Positions 18,093 through 26,478 of a stretch of 35,626 nucleotides of DNA are shown here, one piece after another. The notes beneath the pieces are model-generated. The model had not been told where the DNA came from. It did no database searches and was given only the letters and a program-made list of their open reading frames with translations. Positions within the stretch are counted from its first letter, which is position 1. Each line of letters starts with the position of its first letter. The translations under genes and the position numbers were made by a program. This stretch comes from a virus (Duplodnaviria > Caudoviricetes), in IMG/VR virus record IMGVR_UViG_3300027707_000050, positions 1 to 35,626 of that record. One strand, written 5' to 3'.

Positions 18093-18329
18093 TTAGAAAG
18101 ATGCCAACCATTGAATCTGGTCCCAAATGGTCTTCAGGTTTAATTTGTAACCATACAGTGGGTCTGATTCAGCAGTCTCGGGAACTACGAATCCTGCATA
18201 GTCAAAGGTTGCTGGGTCTACCTGTAGTTTGAGTGCGGCATCATAGAGGTCTCGCTCAAGTTGATACTTGACTCGTGCCTTTGCTTCAACTAAATCATTT
18301 GCATCCAGTGTGGTAAATCCATAAGCCAT
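18093..18329 (-). CDS. small hypothetical protein
   Basis: Likely start MAYGF (18329) after CAGGAG RBS. The ORF extends to 18377. Confidence 0.65.
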   Translation of the reverse strand: MAYGFTTLDANDLVEAKARVKYQLERDLYDAALKLQVDPATFDYAGFVVPETAESDPLYGYKLNLKTIWDQIQWLASF

Positions 18330-18375
18330 GGCTAATTCTCCTGAGGTTTCGGGGTTGTCATTTTGACGATAGGTC

Positions 18376-18381
18376 ATTATA
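18376..18381 (-). promoter_or_regulatory. consensus -10 box TATAAT upstream of the small gene and enzyme operon
   Basis: The minus strand reads aatgTATAATgacc just after the stop of the His-rich gene. Confidence 0.5.
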
Positions 18382-18391
18382 CATTACTTTC

Positions 18392-19672
18392 TTAGTTGTC
18401 TATGTCTCGTACGAGGGTTGTATCTGAAGATGCAATGTGTGTGCTTAAACTACGTGTCATCACGATTAGTGAGCCTGCACTACCAGGGTTGCCTGCACTG
18501 CCAGGATTTCCGGATGCTCCAGCGTTTCCTGAACCTCCAGCATTTGCAGTTCCACCTGCTCCACCTGGATAGGCAGGGTTATGCGTGGCTGGAGTTGGGT
18601 GCGTTGTGTAATGATGATTAACATTCCCAGGGTGTGCATTTCCAGGGTGTGAAAAAGCATTTCCGGGATGTGCACTTCCAGGGTGGTGGTGGTGGTGGCC
18701 AGGGTTATGGTGTCCAGGGTGGTGTCCGTTACACCCATATTTACTGTGTACTGAACAGTTGGCTGGCGTGTGGTGTGCCGCTTCGCCGGTGCAGCAACCA
18801 TCGGGGTTGTGACCACCTGGGTTGTGACCAGAACCACCTGGGTTGTGACCACCTGGGTTATGAGAAGATGCGTGACCATGTCCAACAGGGTTTGAATGGT
18901 TGGCTGCGGCAATACTTGTACCAGCGTTTCCTGAAGAACCAGCGTTTCCACTACCACCGGGATTGCCACCTGCTCCGGGATTGCCACCTGTTCCAGATGT
19001 TCCAACACTAACAAAAGTACCCGAACCAACAATGGTCTTAGCGATAACAACCACAGAGCCTCCACCTACTCCATGTGTCCCCTTGATTCCTTTGGCACCG
19101 CCAGTTCCCGCCGCACCGCCAGTTCCTGCTGTTCCAGGGTTTCCTGCGCCCGAACCCCCGCCCGAACCTGCCGCTCCAGCATTTGCGGTTCCAGCAGCGC
19201 CAGCATTTCCAGCGGCACCATCTGTTCCGTCAGCACCATCACTACCAGGTGCTCCCACAAACCAACGATTCAATGTACTAGATGATTGATAAACACCATA
19301 TACAAGGGCTTCGTAATCTTTAACTGCGCCAATAGCCAATGAGCCACCTGCACCAATTGACTCTGCTGCGCTATACCCATCACTTGCACCAAGGCGTGTC
19401 ATCACCGAACCAGCAAGTACTCCTGTTGTCATGCTTGTTCCAGCAGGCATACCGACAGTGCCATTATTTGTTAATGTATTTTTTACAAAGATTTTAAATC
19501 CGTTTGTAAATAAAGTAATGGAACTGTTTACCGTTAGTGCTTCATAATACATATCACGAGATAACGATGTATTTGTGGAGACAACGACTGTCCCATCTAA
19601 ACCATTGCCAAAAATCTTGTCTGTTCCTGTTTTTTGAACTGGTGCAGGTTTGAGTCTATTTATTTTAGCCAT
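18392..19672 (-). CDS. glycine-rich adhesin-like protein with His/Asn/Pro/Gly-rich insertion
   Basis: The N-terminal domain is paralogous to 19674..20408. GxxGxx runs flank a 113-aa segment with 26 His and 4 Cys. Confidence 0.85.
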   Translation of the reverse strand: MAKINRLKPAPVQKTGTDKIFGNGLDGTVVVSTNTSLSRDMYYEALTVNSSITLFTNGFKIFVKNTLTNNGTVGMPAGTSMTTGVLAGSVMTRLGASDGYSAAESIGAGGSLAIGAVKDYEALVYGVYQSSSTLNRWFVGAPGSDGADGTDGAAGNAGAAGTANAGAAGSGGGSGAGNPGTAGTGGAAGTGGAKGIKGTHGVGGGSVVVIAKTIVGSGTFVSVGTSGTGGNPGAGGNPGGSGNAGSSGNAGTSIAAANHSNPVGHGHASSHNPGGHNPGGSGHNPGGHNPDGCCTGEAAHHTPANCSVHSKYGCNGHHPGHHNPGHHHHHPGSAHPGNAFSHPGNAHPGNVNHHYTTHPTPATHNPAYPGGAGGTANAGGSGNAGASGNPGSAGNPGSAGSLIVMTRSLSTHIASSDTTLVRDIDN

Positions 19673-19673
19673 G

Positions 19674-20408
19674 TCAGGCTACCTGCATGTAATTAACAGT
19701 TCCGCTCGCGCAGGACGTTCCACCAGTGACATCTGTGGATACACCTGAATTAAGTACTGATGCTGATGACACAATCAAAATTACTCCACCGCCTCCGCCA
19801 CCAGAGCCAGAGGTTCCTGGTGCTTTGAAGTAAGCAGTACCAGAAGATACCGTAATGTATCGAGCAGCGATAATAACTACACCACCACCCGCTCCCGATG
19901 CACCACCTGCGCCACCACGAAGGAATGTGGGTGTCGTTGTTGAAGCCGAGACTGCCCAACCCTTGATTGCTTGTAGTGGTTGTTGATAGTAGGCAGAACC
20001 ACCAAGGCCAGCCACAGGTGCTGTAGCAGTTTGTGAAGCGCTGGCACCACCGAGACTATGTATGACAGCCGTGGTTGCTGCACCACCTTGTGCAATGGAT
20101 CCAGCAGTGGACTGACCTGTTGTGTACCCGACAATTGCACCCGAGGCAAGGGTTAATGTTCCCTGAACAAACACTCTGTAACCACCACAATTTAATGTAA
20201 TTCCTTCACCGATGGTGAGATTATTGTAAAACTTGTCAACAGTCAATGTGGTATTAGCCGAAATTGTGACATCGCCATCAATACCAGTTCCGTAAACAGG
20301 GTCAGGAAGGTTCAGGTACGTTGCGGTAGCAACCAGTGCGCTGGAAATGGATGAAGTTCCTTCAGCCGTTGATATTCCAGTTCCGTTCATCCGAACGAAA
20401 GATGCCAC
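19674..20408 (-). CDS. glycine-rich structural/adhesin-like protein
   Basis: YGTGIDGDVTISANTTL...YNNLTI, plus GGAGGASGAGGGVVII and GGGGGGGVILIV glycine-rich motifs. Confidence 0.8.
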   Translation of the reverse strand: MASFVRMNGTGISTAEGTSSISSALVATATYLNLPDPVYGTGIDGDVTISANTTLTVDKFYNNLTIGEGITLNCGGYRVFVQGTLTLASGAIVGYTTGQSTAGSIAQGGAATTAVIHSLGGASASQTATAPVAGLGGSAYYQQPLQAIKGWAVSASTTTPTFLRGGAGGASGAGGGVVIIAARYITVSSGTAYFKAPGTSGSGGGGGGVILIVSSASVLNSGVSTDVTGGTSCASGTVNYMQVA

Positions 20409-20770
20409 TACGCCTCCTCGATACCTGTGAGGATAATGTTTACAGCACTGTTTGCGCTGGCGTATCCAATAATTTGATCACTAGTGGTCGCACTTGCGGC
20501 TGCTCCAGTGTTGTTGAGCACCAATAACGTAGACATCATAACTGTTTCGTTGGCAGCCAAAGACAAGGCCGTAAGGAAGTTTTGTGTTGTTGCCTGTGCT
20601 ACGTTGAGTGGCTTTAGCACCAAAGTCACCGTCACAGCACTAGCAGTGGTGTTACAGAGCACAATCTGCTTAACAATTGCTGTTGTGCTAATTGGTACCG
20701 TGTATAGGACCGAAGAAGATGTTGTTGTCAACTGGGTTGGCCCAGCAAGACGCTTTTGTGTAAATGCCAT
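20408..20770 (-). CDS. putative virion structural protein
   Basis: Beta-rich (LYTVP..TTAIVKQIVLCNT). Translationally coupled to both neighbours. Confidence 0.7.
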   Translation of the reverse strand: MAFTQKRLAGPTQLTTTSSSVLYTVPISTTAIVKQIVLCNTTASAVTVTLVLKPLNVAQATTQNFLTALSLAANETVMMSTLLVLNNTGAAASATTSDQIIGYASANSAVNIILTGIEEA

Positions 20771-22398
20771 TAGATGACCTCCATGTAAAGTTGAATTAGA
20801 CTATCACGCACTGCTGTCGTAAGCGCATAACCAGATATTGATGCACCACTAGGAATTGTGACCGTGCCAGTAAATGTTGGTGAGGCCAACGGAGCAATTA
20901 CGGTGGTATCAACCGCTACTGTCGGGGTGGCACTTTCTCCTGAGTTATTTGTGAGCGTTACTCCGGTGCCAGCAACAAGAGACGTTACGTAGCTACCGGT
21001 TGTGTCGGTACCAAGAGTAATTGGCTGGTCAACCCAAGCCGTGCCGTTGTACATCAAGAAATCTTTGTCGGCTGCTGCAGTAATTGTTACGCCAGTAATG
21101 TCATCAATGTTGCTAATGATTGGAACTGCGTCGTTAACCCATGCTGTGCCATTCCACTTCAGGAACTGACCCGAAGTGGCTGTTGTAATTGTTACATCAC
21201 CAATGGCATCAAGGGTTGCTGGAGTTAGAGATGCCGCATATGATTCTGTGGCTATATCCGCATAGGCTGACCCGTCGGTTGTTAATTCCCATTTATCTGA
21301 GGTTTCGTTCCAGCGGAGTGCCACGTTCGCTGATGAGCCTCGCTCAACTTCAATTCCTGCATGCTGACCGTTAACGGGCGCACCAGTTGCATTGTTATTA
21401 AGAACGATAATGTTGTCGTCAATAGTCAAGGTTTCGGTATTGATTGAGGTTGTGGTTCCAGAAACAGTCAAGTTCCCAGAAACGGTCAAGTCATTGGCAG
21501 TAGCAGTGCCCGTGAAGGTTGGTGAAGCAAGTGGAGCAAAACCTGAAATAGAAGCACCAGAAGGAATCGTTACGGTTCCAGTAAATGTCGGCGAAGCAAG
21601 GTTGGCTTTTAAGTCAAGAGCCGTTTGTTGAGCCGTGGAAACCGGCTTTGCAGTATCGGCAGTGTTGTCCACCGAGCCAAGACCCACCATTGTTTTGGTG
21701 ATTCCAGAAACCGTTCCCGTAAATGTTGGCGAAGCGAGGTTTGCCTTGAGATCTAGTGCAGTCTGTTGAGCAGTTGAAACTGGCTTGGCTGTGTCTGCGG
21801 TGTTGTCCACATTGCCAAGACCCACATCGCCTTTTACCAATCCCGAAGGTGAAGTAATTGTTTTATTGGTAAGGGTCTGCGAACCAGTAGTGGTCACCAA
21901 AATTGAAGTATCGGCAATACCGTGAATACTTGTCGTATCTGCCTCGTGGTTAGAGAGCGCCGTGGCAGCATTGGTTGCGGCAGTTGACGCTGCGCCATAG
22001 GCATCAAAAGTATTTGTTGTTACAGCAACGGTAGGTGTTGCGCCTTCGCCAGAGTTATTTGTAAGAGTGATTCCTGTGCCAGCAACAAGAGATTCGACAT
22101 ACGAACCGATGGTGTCTGTTGAAAGGTTTACGGCATCATTAATCCATGCTGTGCCATTCCAACGAAGGAAGTCTCCGCTTGCGGCACTAGTAATAGTGAC
22201 ATCCTTGAGATCGTTGAGATTGCCTTCGCTTAATTCTGCGGTAATTGAGTAAGGAAGGGCAGTCCATGCATTGGTGTTGTTACCAATCTTGAATTTGCCA
22301 GTATCTGTTTCATAACCCATTTCACCAGTCGTGAGGGTTGGGTTGTTTGATGTCCAGTTGGCTGCAGTATCTCGTCTAAGCCTAATTCGTGTTGACAT
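20770..22398 (-). CDS. tail fibre protein with Mtd/hyaluronidase-type N-terminal domain
   Basis: RIRLRRDTAANWTSNNPTL..GEMGYETDTGKFKIG. Repeated L.DVTIT.A.SG.FL.WNGTAW.N and ASPTFTGTV modules. Confidence 0.88.
   Translation of the reverse strand: MSTRIRLRRDTAANWTSNNPTLTTGEMGYETDTGKFKIGNNTNAWTALPYSITAELSEGNLNDLKDVTITSAASGDFLRWNGTAWINDAVNLSTDTIGSYVESLVAGTGITLTNNSGEGATPTVAVTTNTFDAYGAASTAATNAATALSNHEADTTSIHGIADTSILVTTTGSQTLTNKTITSPSGLVKGDVGLGNVDNTADTAKPVSTAQQTALDLKANLASPTFTGTVSGITKTMVGLGSVDNTADTAKPVSTAQQTALDLKANLASPTFTGTVTIPSGASISGFAPLASPTFTGTATANDLTVSGNLTVSGTTTSINTETLTIDDNIIVLNNNATGAPVNGQHAGIEVERGSSANVALRWNETSDKWELTTDGSAYADIATESYAASLTPATLDAIGDVTITTATSGQFLKWNGTAWVNDAVPIISNIDDITGVTITAAADKDFLMYNGTAWVDQPITLGTDTTGSYVTSLVAGTGVTLTNNSGESATPTVAVDTTVIAPLASPTFTGTVTIPSGASISGYALTTAVRDSLIQLYMEVI
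21571..21825 (-). repeat. intragenic duplication of a 39-aa fibre module (21571-21687 and 21709-21825)
   Basis: VGLG[N/S]VDNTADTAKPVSTAQQTALDLKANLASPTFTGTV occurs twice, with many synonymous differences. Confidence 0.9.
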
Positions 22399-22399
22399 A

Positions 22400-22822
22400 T
22401 TAAGCAGCGCCCCCGTCTAGAACGTCATCGGCTCCATCGTAGATGGCAGTAGCGCTTCCACCATCAAGTGACGTCGGAATAGTTGTCACTTCATTCCATG
22501 TCGAGTTTGACCTAAAGTAAAGTGCATCATTGGTTGTGTCAACGGCTAAGGCTCCGTTGGCAATTGATGTACTCGGTGCACCTGCGGTCGTAAGTGTTAC
22601 TACGCCAGCAGCAGCCTGGAATACGTCATCTGTTTTGAGTGTGTCAGCAGCGCTTCTATATAGTGTTGTGTCTCCAACAGCAGCACCACTACCAAAAGTA
22701 AGTTTTCCACCAGCATCAACTTTTAGACGGGGTTCATCTTCGGCAGTTACGCCGACTTCAACAGCAGAGGATGCTGCGGTAGCGAACTTGCGCGCTTTTA
22801 TTTTGTCTAAAAATGCTGGCAT
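22400..22822 (-). CDS. putative fibre-associated structural protein
   Basis: DTTLYRSAADTLKTDD beta-repeat and C-terminal LDGG motifs. Confidence 0.7.
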   Translation of the reverse strand: MPAFLDKIKARKFATAASSAVEVGVTAEDEPRLKVDAGGKLTFGSGAAVGDTTLYRSAADTLKTDDVFQAAAGVVTLTTAGAPSTSIANGALAVDTTNDALYFRSNSTWNEVTTIPTSLDGGSATAIYDGADDVLDGGAA

Positions 22823-22866
22823 TGGCCTCGACCTTACCGATTATGAACCCCTCAGGGTTATTTGGA

Positions 22867-24453
22867 TTATCCTATGATTACAACTCTGTACTGGTCTGCT
22901 GATGGTGCGGCACTGAATATCAGCGACAAAGTATCCGCTGTGGTCAGTTCTACATCAGTAAAAACTTGGGCATACGGTGATGCTACTTCAAACAAGGAAA
23001 CTTGCAAGTCACGGGTGTTGAGTGAGTGGGTGACAACAATCGTTGTTGCCGAACCATTACCAATGGTTGCCGAAACCTTGGTTGTTGCACCGAGGTTTGC
23101 GCGAGCCGTGGCGGCAGTTGTTCCACCAGTACCACCGTTTGCTAGTGGAAGTGAAGTGGTGAAGGAAAGGTTGCCAGAACCGTTGGTGGTAAGAACCGCA
23201 CCAGCAGCACCGTCGGCACCAACTGCCGAAATAATTGATGCTTCTGTGGTTCCGATAATCGTTGTGAAGTCTAAAGCCCCAGCACCGTTGGTCGTAATTG
23301 CTTGACCAGCAGTTCCGTCACCACCAGCGGCAGCAATAACTGCTGCGGCAGTAACTTGAGCGGCGGCTGTGTTTGTGGTTACGATGTCGTAATAGGCTGA
23401 TCCATCGTTGGTTGTCTGCCACTTATCGGTGGTTTCGTTAAAAATCAATTTAACATTGGCTGAAGTTCCACGCTCAACCTCGATACCAGCATCGGTTGAC
23501 GGTGCACCAGTAATTCCCGAGTTAAGGGTGATGATGTTATCTTCAAGCAGAATTTCGTTTGTATTGACCGTTGTGGTAGTTCCACTAACCGTCAAGTTTC
23601 CAGAAATAGTCAAGTTATCAAAGGTGACGCTGTCCGATGTTCCAACAGCCTGACCGATTGCGATGGTGGGTGTTGCACTCTCACCAGAGTTGTTGGTAAG
23701 TGTTACACCAGTACCAGCAACAAGCGAGGCTACATAACTTCCACTTGTGTCTGTTCCGAGTGCTACCGAGTTGGCAGCAATGGTGGTAACGATGTTGATT
23801 GCGGCAGAACCATCAAAGTTTGCGGTACCTGTTACGTCACCCGAAATCTCAATTGCTCGCGTTGTGGCAAGTGTGGTAGCGGTTGAGGCATTACCACTCA
23901 ATGCCGCGGTGATTGTTCCAGCAGCGAAGTTACCAGAACCATCACGGGCAACGATTGTGCTGTTGCCGGCAGATGCCGATGCGGTGGTTGCTGAGTTGGA
24001 AACTTTGCCAGCAGTTGAAATCGTGGCAAGTTTGCTGTCAGCAATGTCTGCAGAGGAACTGATGTCAGCGTTGACAATGGTGCCATCGGCAATCATTGCC
24101 GAAGTGACGGTACCAGAAGGCAGGGTTACAGTACCAGTGAAGGTTGGCGAAGCAAGAGGTGCTTTTGTATCAATTTGCGTCTGAATCGCAGAAGTTACAC
24201 CGTCTACATAGTTGAGTTCTGTGGTACTTAGGGTAGCACCATCAAGAATGTTGAGTTCGGCCGCATCGGAAGTAACACCACTAAGTGCCGACGCTTCCCA
24301 AGCAGTGCCGTTGTAGACCTTGAGGGCATTTTCTACGGTATCAAAGTAAACCTGACCCTTGACCGGGCTAGCTGGGGCCGTAGCAAGGTTCTGAATTACC
24401 GCATTCTGCAATTCATTCTTGTTAAGGTTTAAGTTATTTAAATGCTTGGCCAT
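22867..24453 (-). CDS. tail fibre protein
   Basis: NELQNA.IQNLATAP.SP..GQVYFDT, AAELNILDG, LPLANGGTGGTTAATARANLG and C-terminal VTHSLN modules. Confidence 0.85.
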   Translation of the reverse strand: MAKHLNNLNLNKNELQNAVIQNLATAPASPVKGQVYFDTVENALKVYNGTAWEASALSGVTSDAAELNILDGATLSTTELNYVDGVTSAIQTQIDTKAPLASPTFTGTVTLPSGTVTSAMIADGTIVNADISSSADIADSKLATISTAGKVSNSATTASASAGNSTIVARDGSGNFAAGTITAALSGNASTATTLATTRAIEISGDVTGTANFDGSAAINIVTTIAANSVALGTDTSGSYVASLVAGTGVTLTNNSGESATPTIAIGQAVGTSDSVTFDNLTISGNLTVSGTTTTVNTNEILLEDNIITLNSGITGAPSTDAGIEVERGTSANVKLIFNETTDKWQTTNDGSAYYDIVTTNTAAAQVTAAAVIAAAGGDGTAGQAITTNGAGALDFTTIIGTTEASIISAVGADGAAGAVLTTNGSGNLSFTTSLPLANGGTGGTTAATARANLGATTKVSATIGNGSATTIVVTHSLNTRDLQVSLFEVASPYAQVFTDVELTTADTLSLIFSAAPSADQYRVVIIG

Positions 24454-24471
24454 GGTTATCTACTCTTTCCG

Positions 24472-24927
24472 TTATGAGAGGTATGCTTTCCCAGTAAAGG
24501 CACTGGAAAAGTTTATCACTAGTTCGTTATCTGACGAATGAACAATGTCACCCATAACGACGTTTTCTGCGCTGTCAACAACCGAGACACCACCTGGGCG
24601 ATAACCGAGGTTATGTGTGATAGTCCATGCCGCCGAAGAACTTGACTGCGTAAAGGTGAAAGTGGTTGCCTTGTTGATCCACGCCGAACCGTTATATACC
24701 AATCCTTGACCAGAAGCGGCGCTAGTGATTGTTACGTCGCCAAGGTCGTTAAGTGTGGATGACGATGCTGTGGTGAAGTAATAAAGAGCACTCCAGACGG
24801 ATGTTCCGTCGCCTATCTTGAATTTTCCGGTGTCGGTTTCAAATCCAGCCTCACCAGCGAACAAAACTGGGTTTGCGGCAGTCCATTGAGCAGCAGTTGA
24901 GCGCCTGAGTTTGATTCTGTATGACAT
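24472..24927 (-). CDS. short fibre protein with Mtd-type N-terminal domain
   Basis: RIKLRRSTAAQWTAANPVL.AGEAGFETDTGKFKIGDG. The C-terminal W.ITHNLG domain is shared with 25523..26101. Confidence 0.85.
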   Translation of the reverse strand: MSYRIKLRRSTAAQWTAANPVLFAGEAGFETDTGKFKIGDGTSVWSALYYFTTASSSTLNDLGDVTITSAASGQGLVYNGSAWINKATTFTFTQSSSSAAWTITHNLGYRPGGVSVVDSAENVVMGDIVHSSDNELVINFSSAFTGKAYLS

Positions 24928-24970
24928 CGCACCGTCTTTGCATGGTTGTATCGGAATACGAACTTCGTAC

Positions 24971-24982
24971 TATTATGACATA
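24971..24982. promoter_or_regulatory. 12-bp motif TATTATGACATA in divergent promoter region (copy 2)
   Basis: Identical to 8862-8873. Confidence 0.55.
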
Positions 24983-25013
24983 TGAGAAGGCTGGTTATGG
25001 TAGGATTTTTGTT

Positions 25014-25511
25014 ATGGCAACAAAAAAGAAAGTAACAGTCAAAAAGGCAGCAAAGCCCAAAAAGGCATCTGCCAAAACTATTATTCCTGTTGTGCCTGAC
25101 CGCCCAGATGACGATTTTTCAACAGATAGTCCAAAGTTTGCATTCAGTCACTCTGTTCCCGAAGATGGTGAGCTAGAACGAATATTGCCTATTGTTGAGC
25201 AATTACAAGAAGAACCAGTTATAGAAGAGGTTATTGAGATATCCGTAGAGGAGGATGCCCCAACTGGCGGTGTCCACCATGTTGTTGCTACCCCCAATAT
25301 TGAGCCAGCTCAAGGTTCAGAATCTACCGAATTTTATATTGATTACGGCATTTCCTCAGAATTGGCAAAATCAATTGCTGAAAAATTTGGAATCCACTAC
25401 AAGCAGGTTGACATCATCCTTAGTGGGTCGGGCGAAGAAATCGAAATAAGTTTTGGCAGGATTTACCTAAGTGGGGAAGATGTTGCAAGGCTTTCAATAG
25501 GTTCGCAATAA
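25014..25511 (+). CDS. hypothetical protein with Lys/Ala-rich N-terminus and acidic core
   Basis: Likely start MATKKKV (25014), 7 nt after TAGGAT. It fills a gap between minus-strand genes. Confidence 0.65.
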   Translation: MATKKKVTVKKAAKPKKASAKTIIPVVPDRPDDDFSTDSPKFAFSHSVPEDGELERILPIVEQLQEEPVIEEVIEISVEEDAPTGGVHHVVATPNIEPAQGSESTEFYIDYGISSELAKSIAEKFGIHYKQVDIILSGSGEEIEISFGRIYLSGEDVARLSIGSQ

Positions 25512-25522
25512 AGCGCTTCTAG

Positions 25523-26101
25523 CTAAGAGACGTAAACCTTCCCAGAAAAAGCAGTTGAAAAACTGACGGTAAATTGGCTCATGCTTGTATGTGTCACATC
25601 GCCAACCACTATGGATTCACCGCTGTCAATGACCGATATGCCGCCTGGGTAATAACCTAGATTGTGGGTCACTGTCCATGTCGATGATGCCGATGACTGG
25701 GTATGAACATGTGAGCCACCAGTTGCGCCAGTTGCACCCTTGTCGCCAGCTAGGTGAATGTTCCAGCTAGCAAAGAAACTGCTCCCACCAAAACTGTCAC
25801 ATGTCATAGTCATGGTGGTTCCAGAGATTGTGACTATTCCCTCCATGTAGTTGGTCGGGTCAACGGCAGATGCTCTTACTCTGGCGCCAGTAGCAAATGC
25901 ACTGGATGCCGTACTCAGTGTGAAAACCTTTGTTCCAGCACCAATACTGACGCTTGTTGCAGACGTGACGCCAGCATACCCAGCACCAGTATCGCCAGTT
26001 CTTGCAGTTCTAACTTGAAGTAAATTGGGTGAATCTTGATTTACGAAAACTTGATTTGGTGCATCTACGAGAACGGAAACAACTGGTGATGTGGTGGTCA
26101 T
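25523..26101 (-). CDS. minor tail/fibre protein
   Basis: Short collagen-like GDKGATGATG and C-terminal HTQSSASSTWTVTHNLG domain. Confidence 0.75.
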   Translation of the reverse strand: MTTTSPVVSVLVDAPNQVFVNQDSPNLLQVRTARTGDTGAGYAGVTSATSVSIGAGTKVFTLSTASSAFATGARVRASAVDPTNYMEGIVTISGTTMTMTCDSFGGSSFFASWNIHLAGDKGATGATGGSHVHTQSSASSTWTVTHNLGYYPGGISVIDSGESIVVGDVTHTSMSQFTVSFSTAFSGKVYVS

Positions 26102-26478
26102 CTCGTAACCTCCAGCGACAGGGTTATGGTGCCTCGTAGCAATCTACTGACGGCACCGGTTGATGTTTTGATAATTTCCAAATCGTAAACACCACTACTA
26201 GTAAGCGATGAGGTCATCGTGTCCGTGATATTGATGCTTATCGCATTGTTGGCACCGTCCATGACGGTTATCCCGTTACCACTGACGGTTGGGCTGGTTA
26301 GGGAAATCATGGGGGTTGTGCTCTCAACGGTTCTGCGAATTTGCATCCGTGCTGTGTATCCAGTCAAATTGAATGCTTCATACACATCTGGGTCAAGAAC
26401 GGTTGGTTCCATGACATCAATCAAACGGTAGAACGTGGTGCCCTGTTCTATTGTTATGTTGTACTCACCAGCAATCAT
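26098..26478 (-). CDS. fibre/baseplate adaptor (BppU-N/LtfC-like Ig fold)
   Basis: YNITIEQGTTF...NLTGYTARMQIR...GVYDLEI......RLLRG.ITL..EVTR. Confidence 0.75.
   Translation of the reverse strand: MIAGEYNITIEQGTTFYRLIDVMEPTVLDPDVYEAFNLTGYTARMQIRRTVESTTPMISLTSPTVSGNGITVMDGANNAISINITDTMTSSLTSSGVYDLEIIKTSTGAVSRLLRGTITLSLEVTR

Noticed and set aside
18900-19260. Collagen triple helix in the GxxGxx runs
   Set aside because: The runs are Ala/Asn/Gly/Ser-rich, interrupted and bounded by gp38-like GGG-hydrophobic motifs. Polyglycine-II bundles fit better, although this was not tested.
18418-19289. Overlapping alternative-frame ORFs, including 18466..19065 with VVTTQ repeats
   Set aside because: By-products of the HNPGG/Gly repeats in the main frame, with no RBS or independent evidence.
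20770-24927. Diversity-generating retroelement suggested by Mtd-type N-terminal domains
   Set aside because: No reverse transcriptase, no C-type-lectin variable region and no TR/VR pair with adenine-specific mismatches seen. The repeats differ at synonymous positions of all bases.
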